DNA from: an uncultured Pseudomonadota bacterium
GTDB lineage: Bacteria > Pseudomonadota > Alphaproteobacteria > Acetobacterales > Acetobacteraceae
Direction: 5' to 3'
DNA length: 64,000 nucleotides
Assembly (NCBI GenBank): GCA_963832525.1
Contig: CAWHUC010000002.1
Location: forward strand, 5,563 to 69,562
Below, one piece after another: positions 10,855 to 22,626 of this stretch. Every line of letters begins with the position of its first letter. Position 1 is the stretch's first letter. Under the pieces are notes generated by a model. That model saw only the letters and a program-made list of their open reading frames with translations, was not told where the DNA came from and ran no database searches. Both the position numbers and the translations under genes were made by a program.

Positions 10855-11049
10855 TCAGGACAACTCCTCCACCTTCACCAGGTGGGCGACGGCGCGGAGC
10901 ATGCCGCGCACTGATGGGGTGTCTTCCAGCTCGCGCGTGCGGCGGAGCTTGTTCAAGCCGAGACCGACCAGGGTCTCCTTCTGGCCGGGCTTGCGCCCGA
11001 GTGCGGAGGCGGTCTGGGTGACCCGGATACGCTTGCCGACATCAGCCAT
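10855..11049 (-). CDS. rpmD: 50S ribosomal protein L30
   Basis: 64 aa [50 protein letters not shown]; ATG 11047-11049 inside the longer listed ORF. Confidence 0.9.
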   Translation of the reverse strand: MADVGKRIRVTQTASALGRKPGQKETLVGLGLNKLRRTRELEDTPSVRGMLRAVAHLVKVEELS

Positions 11050-11632
11050 TGGCCGGCGCCTCCGTCTCGGGCGTCGGCGCCGCGTCACGCCGCGGGCCGA
11101 ACAGGTCTGCCACTTTCTTGCCGCGCCGGTTGGCGACCGACCGCGGGCTGGCCGAACGCTGCAGGGCCGCAAAGGTCGCCTTGACCATGTTGTGCGAATT
11201 GCGGCTGCCGAGCGACTTCGCCACTACGTCGCCCATGCCCAGCGCCTCGAACACCGCGCGCAGCGGGCCGCCGGCGATGATCCCGGTGCCTTGGGTCGCC
11301 GAGCGCAGGATCACCGACCCGGCGCCGAAATGCCCTTCCACGTCGTGGTGCAGGGTACGGCCTTCCTTCATCGGCACGCGGATCATGCCACGCTTGGCGC
11401 GTTCCGTGGCCTTGCGGATCGCCTCCGGCACCTCGCGCGCCTTGCCGGCGCCGTAGCCGACCCGGCCTTTCTGGTCGCCCACCACCACGAGCGCGGCGAA
11501 GGCGAAGCGTCGGCCGCCCTTCACCACCTTGGCGACGCGGTTGATGGTGACCAGCTTGTCGATGATGCCATCGTCGGACTCGCGATCGCCGTCACGATCG
11601 CGGCGCCGTCCGTCCCTCGGTTCACGTGCCAT
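11042..11632 (-). CDS. rpsE: 30S ribosomal protein S5
   Basis: [49 protein letters not shown]; acidic/basic N-terminal extension. Confidence 0.95.
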   Translation of the reverse strand: MAREPRDGRRRDRDGDRESDDGIIDKLVTINRVAKVVKGGRRFAFAALVVVGDQKGRVGYGAGKAREVPEAIRKATERAKRGMIRVPMKEGRTLHHDVEGHFGAGSVILRSATQGTGIIAGGPLRAVFEALGMGDVVAKSLGSRNSHNMVKATFAALQRSASPRSVANRRGKKVADLFGPRRDAAPTPETEAPANG

Positions 11633-11644
11633 GTGTCAGGTCCC

Positions 11645-12007
11645 TCAGAACGACAGGCCGCCCTCGCGGGCCGCCTCGGCCAGCGCCTTGACGCGGCCGT
11701 GATAGAGATACGAGCCGCGATCGAACACCACCTGGGTCACGCCGGCCGCCAGCGCCCGTTCGGCCACCAGCTTGCCGACCGCCGCCGCGGCGTCCTTGTC
11801 AGCCCCGGTGCGCAGGCCCGCGCGCAGCCCCTTGTCGAGCGACGAGGCGGCGGCGAGCGTGCAGCCCTGCCCGTCGTCGATCACCTGGGCGTAGATGTGC
11901 TTGCCGGAGCGAAACACGGAGAGGCGCGGCCGTCCGCCGCCCTTCTGCCGGAGCGAGAAACGCAGGCGCGAACGCCGGCGGTCCCGCAGATCCTGAACCG
12001 CGCTCAT
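11645..12007 (-). CDS. rplR: 50S ribosomal protein L18
   Basis: 120 aa; [20 protein letters not shown]...[28 protein letters not shown]; ATG 12005-12007. Confidence 0.95.
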   Translation of the reverse strand: MSAVQDLRDRRRSRLRFSLRQKGGGRPRLSVFRSGKHIYAQVIDDGQGCTLAAASSLDKGLRAGLRTGADKDAAAAVGKLVAERALAAGVTQVVFDRGSYLYHGRVKALAEAAREGGLSF

Positions 12008-12008
12008 G

Positions 12009-12542
12009 CTATTTCTTCTTGCCTTCCTTGCGCCGGATGGTCTCGTCGGCGTAGCGCACGCCCTTGCCCTTGTAGGGCTCGGGCTCCCGGAAGCCACGGA
12101 TCTCGGCCGCCACCTGGCCCACCAGGCGGCAATCCGTGCCTTCCACCTTGACCGCGGTCGGCCGTTCGCAGGTGATCTTGATCCCCGGCGGGATCGGATA
12201 GACCACGTCGTGCGAGTAGCCGAGGTTCAGCACCAGGGTGCTGCCCTGCACCGCGGCACGATAGCCGGTGCCGGTGATCTCCATCGACCGGGTGAACCCG
12301 GCGGAGACCCCCTTCACCATGTTCGCCACCTGCGCACGGGTGGTGCCCCACATCATGCGCGCCTGCCGCCCCGTACCCTTCGGGCTGACGGTGACATGGT
12401 TGCCGTCCACCTTCGCTTCCACCTGTTCGGTAAGCGACAGCGCGAGTTCGCCGAGGCGCCCCTTAGCGGTGAGCCGGCCGCCGGCGATGGCGACCTGCAC
12501 CCCGGCGGGGATCTCGACCGGGTATTTGCCGACGCGTGACAT
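12009..12542 (-). CDS. rplF: 50S ribosomal protein L6
   Basis: [17 protein letters not shown]...[13 protein letters not shown]. Confidence 0.95.
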   Translation of the reverse strand: MSRVGKYPVEIPAGVQVAIAGGRLTAKGRLGELALSLTEQVEAKVDGNHVTVSPKGTGRQARMMWGTTRAQVANMVKGVSAGFTRSMEITGTGYRAAVQGSTLVLNLGYSHDVVYPIPPGIKITCERPTAVKVEGTDCRLVGQVAAEIRGFREPEPYKGKGVRYADETIRRKEGKKK

Positions 12543-12554
12543 CTCGCGCTTCCC

Positions 12555-12953
12555 TCAGAACACGCGGCAGAGGACTTCGCCGCCGACATTGGCGGCGCGG
12601 GCCTCGGCATCGCTCATCACGCCGCGCGGCGTGGACAGGATGGACACGCCGAGGCCGGCATAGACCCGCGGCAGCTCCTTGATCCCCGAATAGACGCGCC
12701 GGCCCGGCTTGGAGACCCGGTGGATCTCCTTGATGACCGGCTCGCCCTCGTTGTATTTCAGCTCGATGCGCAACTGCGCGACACCGGGGCGGAGTTCCTC
12801 GGCGGCGAAGCCGCGGATGTAGCCCTCGCGCTTCAGCACGTCCAGCACATGGGCGCGGAACTTCGAAGCCGGCGCCACGCAGGAACTGTGCCGTGCATGC
12901 TGCGCGTTGCGGATGCGGGTGAGCATGTCGCCCAGCGGATCGGACATAGACAT
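12555..12953 (-). CDS. rpsH: 30S ribosomal protein S8
   Basis: [18 protein letters not shown]...GGEVLCRVF. Confidence 0.95.
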   Translation of the reverse strand: MSMSDPLGDMLTRIRNAQHARHSSCVAPASKFRAHVLDVLKREGYIRGFAAEELRPGVAQLRIELKYNEGEPVIKEIHRVSKPGRRVYSGIKELPRVYAGLGVSILSTPRGVMSDAEARAANVGGEVLCRVF

Positions 12954-12965
12954 GGCGCGCGCTCC

Positions 12966-13271
12966 CTACCAGCTCGCCTTGACCATGCCGGGGATCTGCC
13001 CCGACGAGGCCAGGTCGCGCAGCGCAATGCGGCACAGCTTGAACTTGCGGTAGTTGCCGCGCGACCGTCCGGTCAGCGCGCAGCGCAGCCGCACCCGCAC
13101 CGCCGCGCCGTTGCGCGGCAGTTGCGCCAGCTTGAGCGAGGCGTTGAACCGGTCTTCCACCGGCAGCGAGCGATCCATCATGATCGCCTTCAACGCCGCC
13201 CGCTTGCCCTTGTCGCGCGCCGCCATCTTCGTCCGGCGGTCGTTGCGATTGACCTGGGAGGTCTTGGCCAT
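12966..13271 (-). CDS. rpsN: 30S ribosomal protein S14
   Basis: [43 protein letters not shown]. Confidence 0.95.
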   Translation of the reverse strand: MAKTSQVNRNDRRTKMAARDKGKRAALKAIMMDRSLPVEDRFNASLKLAQLPRNGAAVRVRLRCALTGRSRGNYRKFKLCRIALRDLASSGQIPGMVKASW

Positions 13272-13328
13272 TCTCTGTCCTTGCCTACGGAACCTGTCAG
13301 GAAACGCCCTGGTGGTCTTCCAAAACTG

Positions 13329-14093
13329 TCAGCCTGCGAACGGAAGATCGAACGCCTTCAGCAGCGCCTTCGCTTCCGCATCCGTCCTCGCCGTGGTGAC
13401 GAAGACGATGTCCATGCCGCGGACCTGGTCCACCTGATCGTAGTTGATCTCGGGGAACACGATCTGCTCCTTCATGCCCATGGCGAAATTGCCGCGGCCG
13501 TCGAAGCCCTTGCCGGTGATGCCGCGGAAGTCGCGCACCCGCGGCAAGGCGATCGTGATCAGCCGGTCCATGAACTCGTACATGCGCGCCTTGCGCAAGG
13601 TCACCTTGCAGCCGATCGGCAGGCCCTTGCGGATCTTGAAGCCGGCGATCGCCTTCTTCGCCACCGTCTTCACCGCCTTCTGGCCGCTGATTGCGCCAAG
13701 CTCCGTCACCGCGGCGTCGAGCATCTTCTGGTCGCCGCTCGCCTCGCCGACACCCATGTTGATGACGATCTTCTCGAGCTTCGGCACCTGCATCGGGTTC
13801 TTGTAGCCGAACTCGGCGGTCAGCTTCGCCCGCACCTCGTCCTGGTAGCGCTTCATCAGCCGCGGCGTCTCGGCCGGCGAGGCCGCCGGCGCGGGCGCGT
13901 TGGGATCGATCGGGGCGGCCCGCTCGCGCGTCTGGCGCGGCAGCGGGGCGCCAGCGCCGCCGCGTGCGGCCCCGCCCTTGCCCTGTGCCTGCGCTTTGCC
14001 GCCGGCCGGCTTGCCACCGCCCGCCTTGCCGCCGGGACGCGCGCCGCCCTTGGCGGGGCCGCCCTTCTTCGCGCCTGATTTCGTTCCGCTCAT
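13329..14093 (-). CDS. rplE: 50S ribosomal protein L5 with ~75-aa Lys/Gly/Ala-rich N-terminal extension
   Basis: Core [43 protein letters not shown]... is uL5. The only upstream start is ATG 14091-14093, 1 nt after the rplX stop. There is no start codon near the canonical N-terminus. Confidence 0.85.
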   Translation of the reverse strand: MSGTKSGAKKGGPAKGGARPGGKAGGGKPAGGKAQAQGKGGAARGGAGAPLPRQTRERAAPIDPNAPAPAASPAETPRLMKRYQDEVRAKLTAEFGYKNPMQVPKLEKIVINMGVGEASGDQKMLDAAVTELGAISGQKAVKTVAKKAIAGFKIRKGLPIGCKVTLRKARMYEFMDRLITIALPRVRDFRGITGKGFDGRGNFAMGMKEQIVFPEINYDQVDQVRGMDIVFVTTARTDAEAKALLKAFDLPFAG

Positions 14094-14094
14094 C

Positions 14095-14415
14095 TCAGCC
14101 CTCGATTACCTGGCTGGTGGCCTTGGCCACCCGCACCTTCCGCCCGTCGTCGAGCAGGCGGAAACCGACCTTGGTCGGCTGCTCGCTTTTCGGATCGATC
14201 AGCTTCAGGTTCGACAAGTGGATGCTTGCCTCCTCGTCGCTGATCCCGCCCGGCTGGCCCATGCCCTGCGGCTTGCGGTGCTTGCGCACCATGTGCACGC
14301 CGGCGACCATCGCCCGGTCGGCCTTCGGGAACACCCGCAGCACCTCGCCGCGGCGGCCCTTGTCGGCGCCGGTGATGACCACCACCGTGTCGCCCTTGCG
14401 AATCCGCGCGGCCAT
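14095..14415 (-). CDS. rplX: 50S ribosomal protein L24
   Basis: [28 protein letters not shown]. Confidence 0.95.
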   Translation of the reverse strand: MAARIRKGDTVVVITGADKGRRGEVLRVFPKADRAMVAGVHMVRKHRKPQGMGQPGGISDEEASIHLSNLKLIDPKSEQPTKVGFRLLDDGRKVRVAKATSQVIEG

Positions 14416-14783
14416 CAGATCACCTCCGGTGCCAGCGAAATGATCTTCATGAACTTCCGCCCGCGCAGCTCACGCACCACAGGTCCGAAGATGCGGGTGC
14501 CGATCGGCTCCTGCTGCTTGTTGATCAGCACCGCCGCATTGCGGTCGAAGCGGATCGCGCTGCCGTCCTGTCGGCGGACGGGGAACGAGGTGCGCACGAT
14601 CACCGCCTGGTGCACGTCGCCCTTCTTCACCTTGCCGCGCGGAATCGCTTCCTTCACCGACACCACGATCACGTCGCCCACGCTCGCGGTGCGCCGGCGG
14701 GTGCCGCCCAGCACCTTGATGCACTGCACCCGGCGCGCGCCCGAATTGTCGGCGACGTCGAGGTTGGTCTCGACCGAGATCAT
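14415..14783 (-). CDS. rplN: 50S ribosomal protein L14
   Basis: [27 protein letters not shown]. Confidence 0.95.
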   Translation of the reverse strand: MISVETNLDVADNSGARRVQCIKVLGGTRRRTASVGDVIVVSVKEAIPRGKVKKGDVHQAVIVRTSFPVRRQDGSAIRFDRNAAVLINKQQEPIGTRIFGPVVRELRGRKFMKIISLAPEVI

Positions 14784-15076
14784 GCCGCCACTCCCTGCTC
14801 AGCGCCGGAAGCGGGTGCGACGCCCGCGCCCCACAGCGGGGTACCGTTGCGCTCGACCACCAGCCAGGTCTTGCGCTTGCTGATCGGGCGGCACTCCTCG
14901 ATGCGCACCATGTCACCCACCTTGCACAGGTTGGCCTCGTCGTGCGCCGCGTATTTCTTCGAGCGACGGATGAACTTCTTGTACAGCGGATGCATCACGC
15001 GGCGATCGACAAGCACCGTCACGGTCTTGTCCATCTTGTCGCTGGTGACCCGGCCGGTCAGAACGCGCCTCGGCAT
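14780..15076 (-). CDS. rpsQ: 30S ribosomal protein S17
   Basis: [47 protein letters not shown]. Confidence 0.95.
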   Translation of the reverse strand: MPRRVLTGRVTSDKMDKTVTVLVDRRVMHPLYKKFIRRSKKYAAHDEANLCKVGDMVRIEECRPISKRKTWLVVERNGTPLWGAGVAPASGAEQGVAA

Positions 15077-15094
15077 GATTGTCGGACCCTATCT

Positions 15095-15328
15095 CTACGA
15101 CCGCGTCGCGGCGGCTTCGGCGCCGCGGCTGCGTTCGCCCATGATCGTCTTCACCTTCGCGATCTCGCGCCGGACGGTGCGGATCCGTGCCGTGCCCTCG
15201 GACTGGCCGGTGGCGCGCTGGAAGCGCAGGTTGAACTGTTCCTTGCGCAGATCGAGCAAGGACTGCTTCAGCTCGTCCGGCGTCCGGGTGCGCACGTCGG
15301 AGACCTTGGTCTCGGGGTTCTTCGCCAT
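15095..15328 (-). CDS. rpmC: 50S ribosomal protein L29
   Basis: 77 aa [42 protein letters not shown]; ATG 15326-15328 inside a long spurious listed ORF. Confidence 0.9.
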   Translation of the reverse strand: MAKNPETKVSDVRTRTPDELKQSLLDLRKEQFNLRFQRATGQSEGTARIRTVRREIAKVKTIMGERSRGAEAAATRS

Positions 15329-15744
15329 CACGCGTCTCCCATCCGCTGCACGATCTTGGTGCGGATCGGCAGCTTGGCCGCGCCCAGGGTCAGCGCATCG
15401 CGCGCCACGTCCCCGGCCACACCGTCGAGTTCGAACATGATCCGCCCCGGCGCCACGCGGGCCACCCAGAACTCGGGCGTGCCCTTGCCGGAGCCCATGC
15501 GGACCTCGGCCGGCTTCTGCGAGACCGGAACGTCCGGGAAAATGCGGATCCACACCCGCCCGGTGCGCTTCATCGCGCGGGTGATGGCACGCCGCGCCGC
15601 CTCGATCTGGCGCGCGGTGATGCGCTCGGGTTCCAGCGCCTTCAGCCCGAAGGTGCCGAAGTTGAGCTGGGTACCGCCCTTGGCGTTGCCGTGGATACGG
15701 CCCTTGTGCGCCTTGCGGAACTTTGTGCGCTTGGGTTGCAGCAT
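15328..15744 (-). CDS. rplP: 50S ribosomal protein L16
   Basis: [19 protein letters not shown]... Confidence 0.95.
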   Translation of the reverse strand: MLQPKRTKFRKAHKGRIHGNAKGGTQLNFGTFGLKALEPERITARQIEAARRAITRAMKRTGRVWIRIFPDVPVSQKPAEVRMGSGKGTPEFWVARVAPGRIMFELDGVAGDVARDALTLGAAKLPIRTKIVQRMGDA

Positions 15745-15762
15745 CGATGCCTACCGTACCAT

Positions 15763-16440
15763 CTACCGTTGCGGCGCCTGTTCGGCGGCGCGGCGGTCCT
15801 GCGCCGTCGGGTCGTTTGCCAGGATTTCGCCCTTGAATATCCACACCTTCACGCCGCAGGTGCCGTAGGTCGTCTTCGCGGTCGCCTGGCCATAGTCGAT
15901 ATCGGCACGCAAGGTGTGCAGCGGCACACGGCCTTCGCGATACCACTCGACCCGCGCGATTTCCGCGCCACCCAGCCGGCCGCCGCAGTTGATGCGGATG
16001 CCCTGGGCGCCGAGGCGCATCGCCGACTGCACGGCCCGCTTCATCGCCCGGCGGAACGCGACCCGGCGTTCCAACTGCTGGGCGATGTTCTCGGCCACCA
16101 GCACGGCGTCGATCTCGGGCTTGCGGATCTCGACGATGTTCAGGGTGACTTCGGCCTTGGCCATCTTGCCGAGGGTCTTCTTCAATACCTCGATGTCCTG
16201 GCCCTTCTTGCCGATCACCACGCCGGGCCGCGCGGCATAGATGGTCACGCGCGGCTTCTTCGCCGGACGTTCGATCACCACCCGCGACACGCCGGCCCCA
16301 CGCAGCTTCTCGCGCAGGTGCCCGCGCAACTTCAGGTCCTCGTGCAGCAGGCGGGAATAGTCGGCCCCCGCGTACCAACGCGAATCCCAGGTGCGATTGA
16401 TGCCGAGCCGCAGCCCGATCGGATTGACCTTATGACCCAT
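15763..16440 (-). CDS. rpsC: 30S ribosomal protein S3
   Basis: [24 protein letters not shown]; ATG at 16438-16440 inside the longer listed ORF. Confidence 0.95.
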   Translation of the reverse strand: MGHKVNPIGLRLGINRTWDSRWYAGADYSRLLHEDLKLRGHLREKLRGAGVSRVVIERPAKKPRVTIYAARPGVVIGKKGQDIEVLKKTLGKMAKAEVTLNIVEIRKPEIDAVLVAENIAQQLERRVAFRRAMKRAVQSAMRLGAQGIRINCGGRLGGAEIARVEWYREGRVPLHTLRADIDYGQATAKTTYGTCGVKVWIFKGEILANDPTAQDRRAAEQAPQR

Positions 16441-16922
16441 TACGCAGCCTCCCGCCCCGGCCGCGCCGACCGCTTGTTCTCTGCGCGCTCCGTCGTCCGA
16501 TTTCCGGCACGCTCCGCCGTCCGGTTTCCCGCGCGCTCCGCCACGACTTCCTGTGTGCGCTCCGCGACGACGATCTTGAGATTGCTGAACCACTTCTCGA
16601 CACGCGACGCACGCCCGCGGCCGCGCGCCTGGAACCGGCGCATGACGATCGCGCGCCCGACCTCGGCGCGGCTGACCACGAGGCGATCGACATCCAGCCG
16701 ATGGTTGTTCTCGGCATTGGCGATCGCACTCTCCAGCGCCTTCTTCACCGCGCCGGCAATGCGCCGCTTGCTGAACGCGAGCGTTGCCACCGCCTGCTGC
16801 GCCGGCAGGTTGCGAATCAGCCCCGCAACCAGGTTCAGCTTGCGCGGCGAGACCCGCAGGTTGTTCACGATCGCCTGCGCCTCGGTATCGGGCAGGCCAC
16901 GCGGATGATTGGGCTTGCTCAT
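16440..16922 (-). CDS. rplV: 50S ribosomal protein L22 with repeat-containing C-terminal extension
   Basis: [17 protein letters not shown]...[37 protein letters not shown] is uL22; the tail [24 protein letters not shown] is encoded by ~21-nt tandem repeats around 16480-16570. Confidence 0.9.
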   Translation of the reverse strand: MSKPNHPRGLPDTEAQAIVNNLRVSPRKLNLVAGLIRNLPAQQAVATLAFSKRRIAGAVKKALESAIANAENNHRLDVDRLVVSRAEVGRAIVMRRFQARGRGRASRVEKWFSNLKIVVAERTQEVVAERAGNRTAERAGNRTTERAENKRSARPGREAA

Positions 16923-16926
16923 CGTC

Positions 16927-17205
16927 TCAGCCCCGCTTCGCTTTCTTGTCGCCCGAGTGGCCGGTGAAGGTCCGGGTCGGCGAGAACTCGCCGAACTTGT
17001 GGCCCACCATGTTCTCGTTCACCTGCACCGGCAGGAATTTGCGACCGTTATAGACGCCGAACGTCATGCCGACGAACTGCGGCAGGATCGTCGAGCGGCG
17101 CGACCAGATCCGAATGATCTCGTTGCGGCCCGACGCGCGCGACGCCTCGGCCTTGTTCAGCAGATACCCGTCCACGAACGGGCCCTTCCAGACGGAACGT
17201 GCCAT
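16927..17205 (-). CDS. rpsS: 30S ribosomal protein S19
   Basis: [16 protein letters not shown]...[13 protein letters not shown]. Confidence 0.95.
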   Translation of the reverse strand: MARSVWKGPFVDGYLLNKAEASRASGRNEIIRIWSRRSTILPQFVGMTFGVYNGRKFLPVQVNENMVGHKFGEFSPTRTFTGHSGDKKAKRG

Positions 17206-17220
17206 CCTACGTGCCCTTCG

Positions 17221-18052
17221 TCACTTGCCGACCTTGCGGCGGCGGATAATCAGACTGTCGGTGCGCTTGTTGCCGCGCGTCTTGTAGCCCTTGGTCGGCT
17301 GACCCCACGGGCTGACCGGATGCCGCCCACCGGAGGATCGGCCTTCGCCGCCGCCATGCGGGTGATCGACCGGGTTCATCACCACGCCACGGTTGTGCGG
17401 GCGCCATCCCAGCCAGCGCTGCCGGCCCGCCTTGCCGATCTTCTGGTTCATGTTGTCCGGGTTGGACACCGCGCCGATCGAGGCCATGCACTCGGCCCGC
17501 ACCAGCCGCACTTCCCCCGACATCAGCTTGATCTGCGCGTAGCCCGCAGTCCTTCCCGACCAACTGCGCGTAGGTCCCGGCCGAGCGGGCGATCTTGCCG
17601 CCGGCACCGACCTTCATCTCGATATTGTGCACGATGGTGCCGACCGGCACCGAAGCGAGCGGCATCGCGTTGCCCGGCTTGATGTCGGCGCGCTGGCCGG
17701 CCACCACCGTATCGCCCACGCGCAGCCGCTGCGGCGCCAGGATGTAGGCCAGCTCGCCATCGGCATATTTCACCAGCGCGATGAACGCGGTGCGGTTGGG
17801 GTCGTATTCCAGCCGCTCCACCACCGCCGGCACGTCGAACTTGCGGCGCTTGAAATCGACCGCGCGATAGGCCTGCTTGTGCCCGCCGCCGCGAAACCGC
17901 GAGGTGATTCGGCCGTGGTTGTTGCGCCCGCCGGTGCCGCTCTGGCCCTCGGTCAGGCCCTTGACCGGCTTGCCCTTCCACAGCCCAGCGCGGTCGATCA
18001 GGACCGTGCCGCGCAGGCTCGCCGTGACCGGGTTGAAACTTTTCATCGGCAT
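17221..18052 (-). CDS. rplB: 50S ribosomal protein L2 (frame broken near 17548)
   Basis: The N-terminal 170 aa are uL2 up to ...[14 protein letters not shown]. The conserved remainder, [16 protein letters not shown]...[25 protein letters not shown], is in ORF 17221-17607. An extra T sits in GAC[T]GCGGGC. Confidence 0.9.
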
Positions 18053-18062
18053 CGTTCGTCTC

Positions 18063-18392
18063 TCACGCCAGCCCGGTGGTGAAATCGATCTGCTGGCCGG
18101 CGGCGAGCCGGACCATCGCCTTCTTCACGTCCGACCGCACGCCCGGCCGGCCCTTGAACCGCTTCGTCTTGCCCTTCTGCACCAGGGTGTTCACCGCCAG
18201 CACCTGGACGCCGAACAGCCCCTCGACCGCGGCCTTGATCTCCGGCTTGCGGGCTTCCAGCGGCACTCGGAACACGTACTGGCCGTGTTCAGAGAGGCCG
18301 GTCGCCTTCTCGGTGATCACCGGGTTGCGGATGATCTGGTACATCGCCTCGCGCGAAAGCTGCGGCCGGCGCTTGATCTTCGTCTCGCTCAT
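18063..18392 (-). CDS. rplW: 50S ribosomal protein L23
   Basis: [24 protein letters not shown]. Confidence 0.95.
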   Translation of the reverse strand: MSETKIKRRPQLSREAMYQIIRNPVITEKATGLSEHGQYVFRVPLEARKPEIKAAVEGLFGVQVLAVNTLVQKGKTKRFKGRPGVRSDVKKAMVRLAAGQQIDFTTGLA

Positions 18393-19042
18393 GCCGCCTC
18401 TCCCTCGGCCGCCGCGGCGCCGTGGCCGAGGCGCGCAGCGAGGCCCGCGAGCCCGGCCGCGGTGATCGCCAGAACGTCGTGGCGCAGGATGTCGTACACG
18501 TTCGCCCCGATCGTCGGCAGCACGTCGATCTCGCGCATGTTGCGGCTGGCGCGCAGGAACCCCGGATCGACCGCGCCGTCGACGATCAGGCAGGACCGCC
18601 AGCCCAGCGCCTTCACCTGCCGCGCCAGGTCCTTCGTCTTGGTGCCGTCGCCGGCCTTCGCCGCGTCCAGCACCACCAGCTTGCCCTCGGCCTGCTTCTG
18701 CGACAGCGCCGAGATCAGCCCGAGCCGCCGGACCTTCTTGTTCAGGCTGTATTCATGGGAGCGCACCACCGGCCCGTGCACCACCCCGCCGTGGCGGAAC
18801 TGCGGCGCCCGCAGGCTGCCCTGGCGGGCGTTGCCGGTGCCCTTCTGGCGATAGGGCTTCTTGGTCGTGCCCTGCACCTCGGACAGACCCTTCACCTTGT
18901 GGTTGCCGCCGCGGCGCTTCGCCAACTGCCAGTGCACCACGCGCGCCATGATGTCGGCGCGCGGCGCGGCGGCGAAGATCGCCTCCGGCAGCTCGGCGGT
19001 GCCGGCCTCGGCATTGTCCAGGGTCTTGATCGGAACTTGCAT
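18389..19042 (-). CDS. rplD: 50S ribosomal protein L4
   Basis: 217-aa ORF, ...[55 protein letters not shown]; S10-operon position. Confidence 0.95.
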   Translation of the reverse strand: MQVPIKTLDNAEAGTAELPEAIFAAAPRADIMARVVHWQLAKRRGGNHKVKGLSEVQGTTKKPYRQKGTGNARQGSLRAPQFRHGGVVHGPVVRSHEYSLNKKVRRLGLISALSQKQAEGKLVVLDAAKAGDGTKTKDLARQVKALGWRSCLIVDGAVDPGFLRASRNMREIDVLPTIGANVYDILRHDVLAITAAGLAGLAARLGHGAAAAEGEAA

Positions 19043-19054
19043 CGCTGTGTTTCC

Positions 19055-19741
19055 TCAGGCCGCCGCCGGCGCGCGCAGGGCGGCCGGATAGGGCGCCTCG
19101 GCCGGCCGCACCCGCTTCACCGCGTCGCGCACCAGCACGAAGCCGTTCTTCGCCCCGGGCACCGCGCCCTTCAGCATCAGCAGCCCCTTCTCCGCATCCA
19201 CCGCCGCCACTTCGAGGTTGAGCGTGGTGATCCGCTCCTGCCCGAGGTGCCCGGCCATCTTCTTGTTCTTGAAGGTCTTGCCCGGGTCCTGCCGGTTGCC
19301 CGTGGACCCATGGCTGCGATGACTGATCGAAACGCCGTGGCTCGCTTCCAGGCCGGAGAAGTTCCAGCGCTTCATCGCCCCGGCGAAGCCCTTGCCCTTG
19401 CTGGTCCCGGCCACGTCCACAAGCTGGCCTGGCACGAAATGCGCCGCCGACAGGGAAGCGCCCGAGTCCAGCACTGCATCCGCCGCCACCCGGAACTCGG
19501 CGAGCTTCGCCGGCGGCTCCACCTTGTGCTTGGCGAAATGCCCACGGTTCGGCTTGGAGACGTTCTTCACCTTCGCCCGGCCCCAGCCCAGTTGCACCGC
19601 GCTGTAGCCGTCCTTCTCCACCGTGCGCGCCAGCACGACGCGCACATCGTCGAGATGCAGCACGGTGACCGGCACATGCGTGCCGTCGTCGCGGAAAATC
19701 CGCGTCATCCCGAGCTTCCTGGCGAGCAATCCGGTTCGCAT
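19055..19741 (-). CDS. rplC: 50S ribosomal protein L3
   Basis: [16 protein letters not shown]... Confidence 0.95.
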   Translation of the reverse strand: MRTGLLARKLGMTRIFRDDGTHVPVTVLHLDDVRVVLARTVEKDGYSAVQLGWGRAKVKNVSKPNRGHFAKHKVEPPAKLAEFRVAADAVLDSGASLSAAHFVPGQLVDVAGTSKGKGFAGAMKRWNFSGLEASHGVSISHRSHGSTGNRQDPGKTFKNKKMAGHLGQERITTLNLEVAAVDAEKGLLMLKGAVPGAKNGFVLVRDAVKRVRPAEAPYPAALRAPAAA

Positions 19742-19753
19742 CGTCCCCGCCCT

Positions 19754-20062
19754 TTAGATCTTGATCTCGACATCGACGCCGGCAGCGAGGTCGAGCTTCA
19801 TCAGCGCATCGACCGTCTGCGGCGTCGGTTCCACGATATCGAGCAGGCGGCGATGCGTGCGCATCTCGAACTGCTCGCGGCTCTTCTTGTCCACGTGCGG
19901 CGAACGGTTCACGGTGAAACGCTCGATATGCGTGGGCAGCGGGATCGGTCCGCGAACGCGGGCACCCGTGCGCTTCGCCGTGTTCACGATCTCGCGGGTG
20001 CTGTTGTCCAGCACCCGGTGATCGTACGCCTTCAGGCGGATGCGGATATTCTGGTTGTCCAT
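19754..20062 (-). CDS. rpsJ: 30S ribosomal protein S10
   Basis: 102 aa [44 protein letters not shown]; ATG 20060-20062. The listed 523-aa ORF is a frameshift chimera with tuf. Confidence 0.95.
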   Translation of the reverse strand: MDNQNIRIRLKAYDHRVLDNSTREIVNTAKRTGARVRGPIPLPTHIERFTVNRSPHVDKKSREQFEMRTHRRLLDIVEPTPQTVDALMKLDLAAGVDVEIKI

Positions 20063-20080
20063 CGTTCGCTTTCCGTAGCG

Positions 20081-20121
20081 GCAAAACGACCGCCGGCGCC
20101 CCGGAGACCGGGGCGCCGGCG
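20081..20121 (-). terminator. intrinsic terminator/attenuator hairpin between tuf and rpsJ
   Basis: Minus strand: CGCCGGCGCCCCGG-TCT-CCGGGGCGCCGGCG (14-bp perfect stem) followed by GTCGTTTTGC. Confidence 0.6.
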
Positions 20122-20133
20122 CCCGAGCAGGTC

Positions 20134-21325
<1,192 letters not shown>

Positions 21326-21370
21326 CGTCTTGTCTCCGTGGACCTCTGGTCCGTCCAGTTAGAGCCCGTT

Positions 21371-21847
21371 CTACCAGCGGTAGTGGCTGAACGCCTTGTT
21401 GGCTTCCGCCATCCGATGGGTGTCTTCCCGCTTCTTCACCGCCGAACCGCGGTTGTTCACCGCGTCCAGCAGCTCGTTCGACAGCCGGTCTTCCATCGTG
21501 TGCTCGCCGCGCTTGCGGGCGGCGTCGATGATCCAGCGGATCGCCAACGCCTGCCGCCGCTCGGTCCGCACTTCGACCGGCACCTGGTACGTCGCGCCCC
21601 CGACCCGGCGGGAACGGACTTCGACGGCCGGCTTCACGTTGTCCAGCGCCTCGTGGAACATGCGCACCGGATCGGCCTGCGAGCCGCCGCGCTTGCGCAG
21701 CACATCGAGCGCCGAATAGACGATGGTTTCGGCCGTTGACTTCTTGCCGTCGTACATCAGCACGTTCATGAAACGGCTGATCACGACATCGCCGAACTTC
21801 GCGTCCGGCAGGATTTCGCGCTTGACGGCGCGGCGGCGGCGAGACAT
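21371..21847 (-). CDS. rpsG: 30S ribosomal protein S7
   Basis: [20 protein letters not shown]...[15 protein letters not shown]. Confidence 0.95.
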   Translation of the reverse strand: MSRRRRAVKREILPDAKFGDVVISRFMNVLMYDGKKSTAETIVYSALDVLRKRGGSQADPVRMFHEALDNVKPAVEVRSRRVGGATYQVPVEVRTERRQALAIRWIIDAARKRGEHTMEDRLSNELLDAVNNRGSAVKKREDTHRMAEANKAFSHYRW

Positions 21848-21859
21848 CGCGGTATCTCC

Positions 21860-22231
21860 TTACTTCGGCCGCTTGGCGCCGTACAGCGACCGGCGCTGGC
21901 GACGCTTGGCGATGCCCTGGGTATCCAGCACGCCGCGCAGAATATGGTACCGCACGCCGGGAAGGTCCTTCACGCGCCCGCCGCGGATCAGCACCACCGA
22001 GTGCTCCTGCAGATTGTGGCCCTCGCCGGGGATGTAGCTCACCACCTCATACCCGTTGGTCAGCCGCACCTTCGCCACCTTGCGCAAAGCCGAGTTCGGC
22101 TTCTTCGGCGTGGTGGTGTAGACGCGGGTGCAGACGCCACGCTTCTGCGGGCAGCCCTGCAGGGCCGGGACCGTGTTGCGGCCCTTCTGCGGTTCGCGCC
22201 CGTGGGCGATGAGCTGATTGATGGTCGGCAT
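21860..22231 (-). CDS. rpsL: 30S ribosomal protein S12
   Basis: 123 aa [52 protein letters not shown]; ATG 22229-22231. Confidence 0.95.
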   Translation of the reverse strand: MPTINQLIAHGREPQKGRNTVPALQGCPQKRGVCTRVYTTTPKKPNSALRKVAKVRLTNGYEVVSYIPGEGHNLQEHSVVLIRGGRVKDLPGVRYHILRGVLDTQGIAKRRQRRSLYGAKRPK

Positions 22232-22468
22232 GGACCTCGGTCTCGATGTTCGCTGCGGTTCGCCCGACCCTTCCCCCAACCCGATAGCGACCGTCGTCCA
22301 CGGGCGAAACCCGCGGGCATGGGGACATCCCCCACGCGGGCGGGTTGAAACACGGACCCGCGGCCTGGGTCTTCGGGCACGTCGTGCCGAAGACGGCGCC
22401 GCGGGCGGGGCTTCTGCCTGCGAAGACGACGACCGCCGGAACGTGTCGGGGGTCGGCCGAGGGGGCGG

Positions 22469-22497
22469 AACCTAGTGGGGGGGCTCCCGGGTGTCAA
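22469..22497 (-). promoter_or_regulatory. candidate sigma70-type promoter for the rpsL operon (TTGACA-N17-TAGGTT)
   Basis: Minus strand has TTGACA (22497-22492), a 17-nt spacer and TAGGTT (22474-22469), about 240 nt upstream of rpsL; motif match only. Confidence 0.3.
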
Positions 22498-22626
22498 GCG
22501 CCCGCAGGCCGGGGACCTGCCTGGTCCCCGGAGGCCGGTTGCCCCGCCCGTTGCCGGCCCGGCGCGTGCGGCGTAAAGCCGCCCGTCCCCACCGTGCCCC
22601 AAAGGCCGATACAAAAGAGGTGCCGC

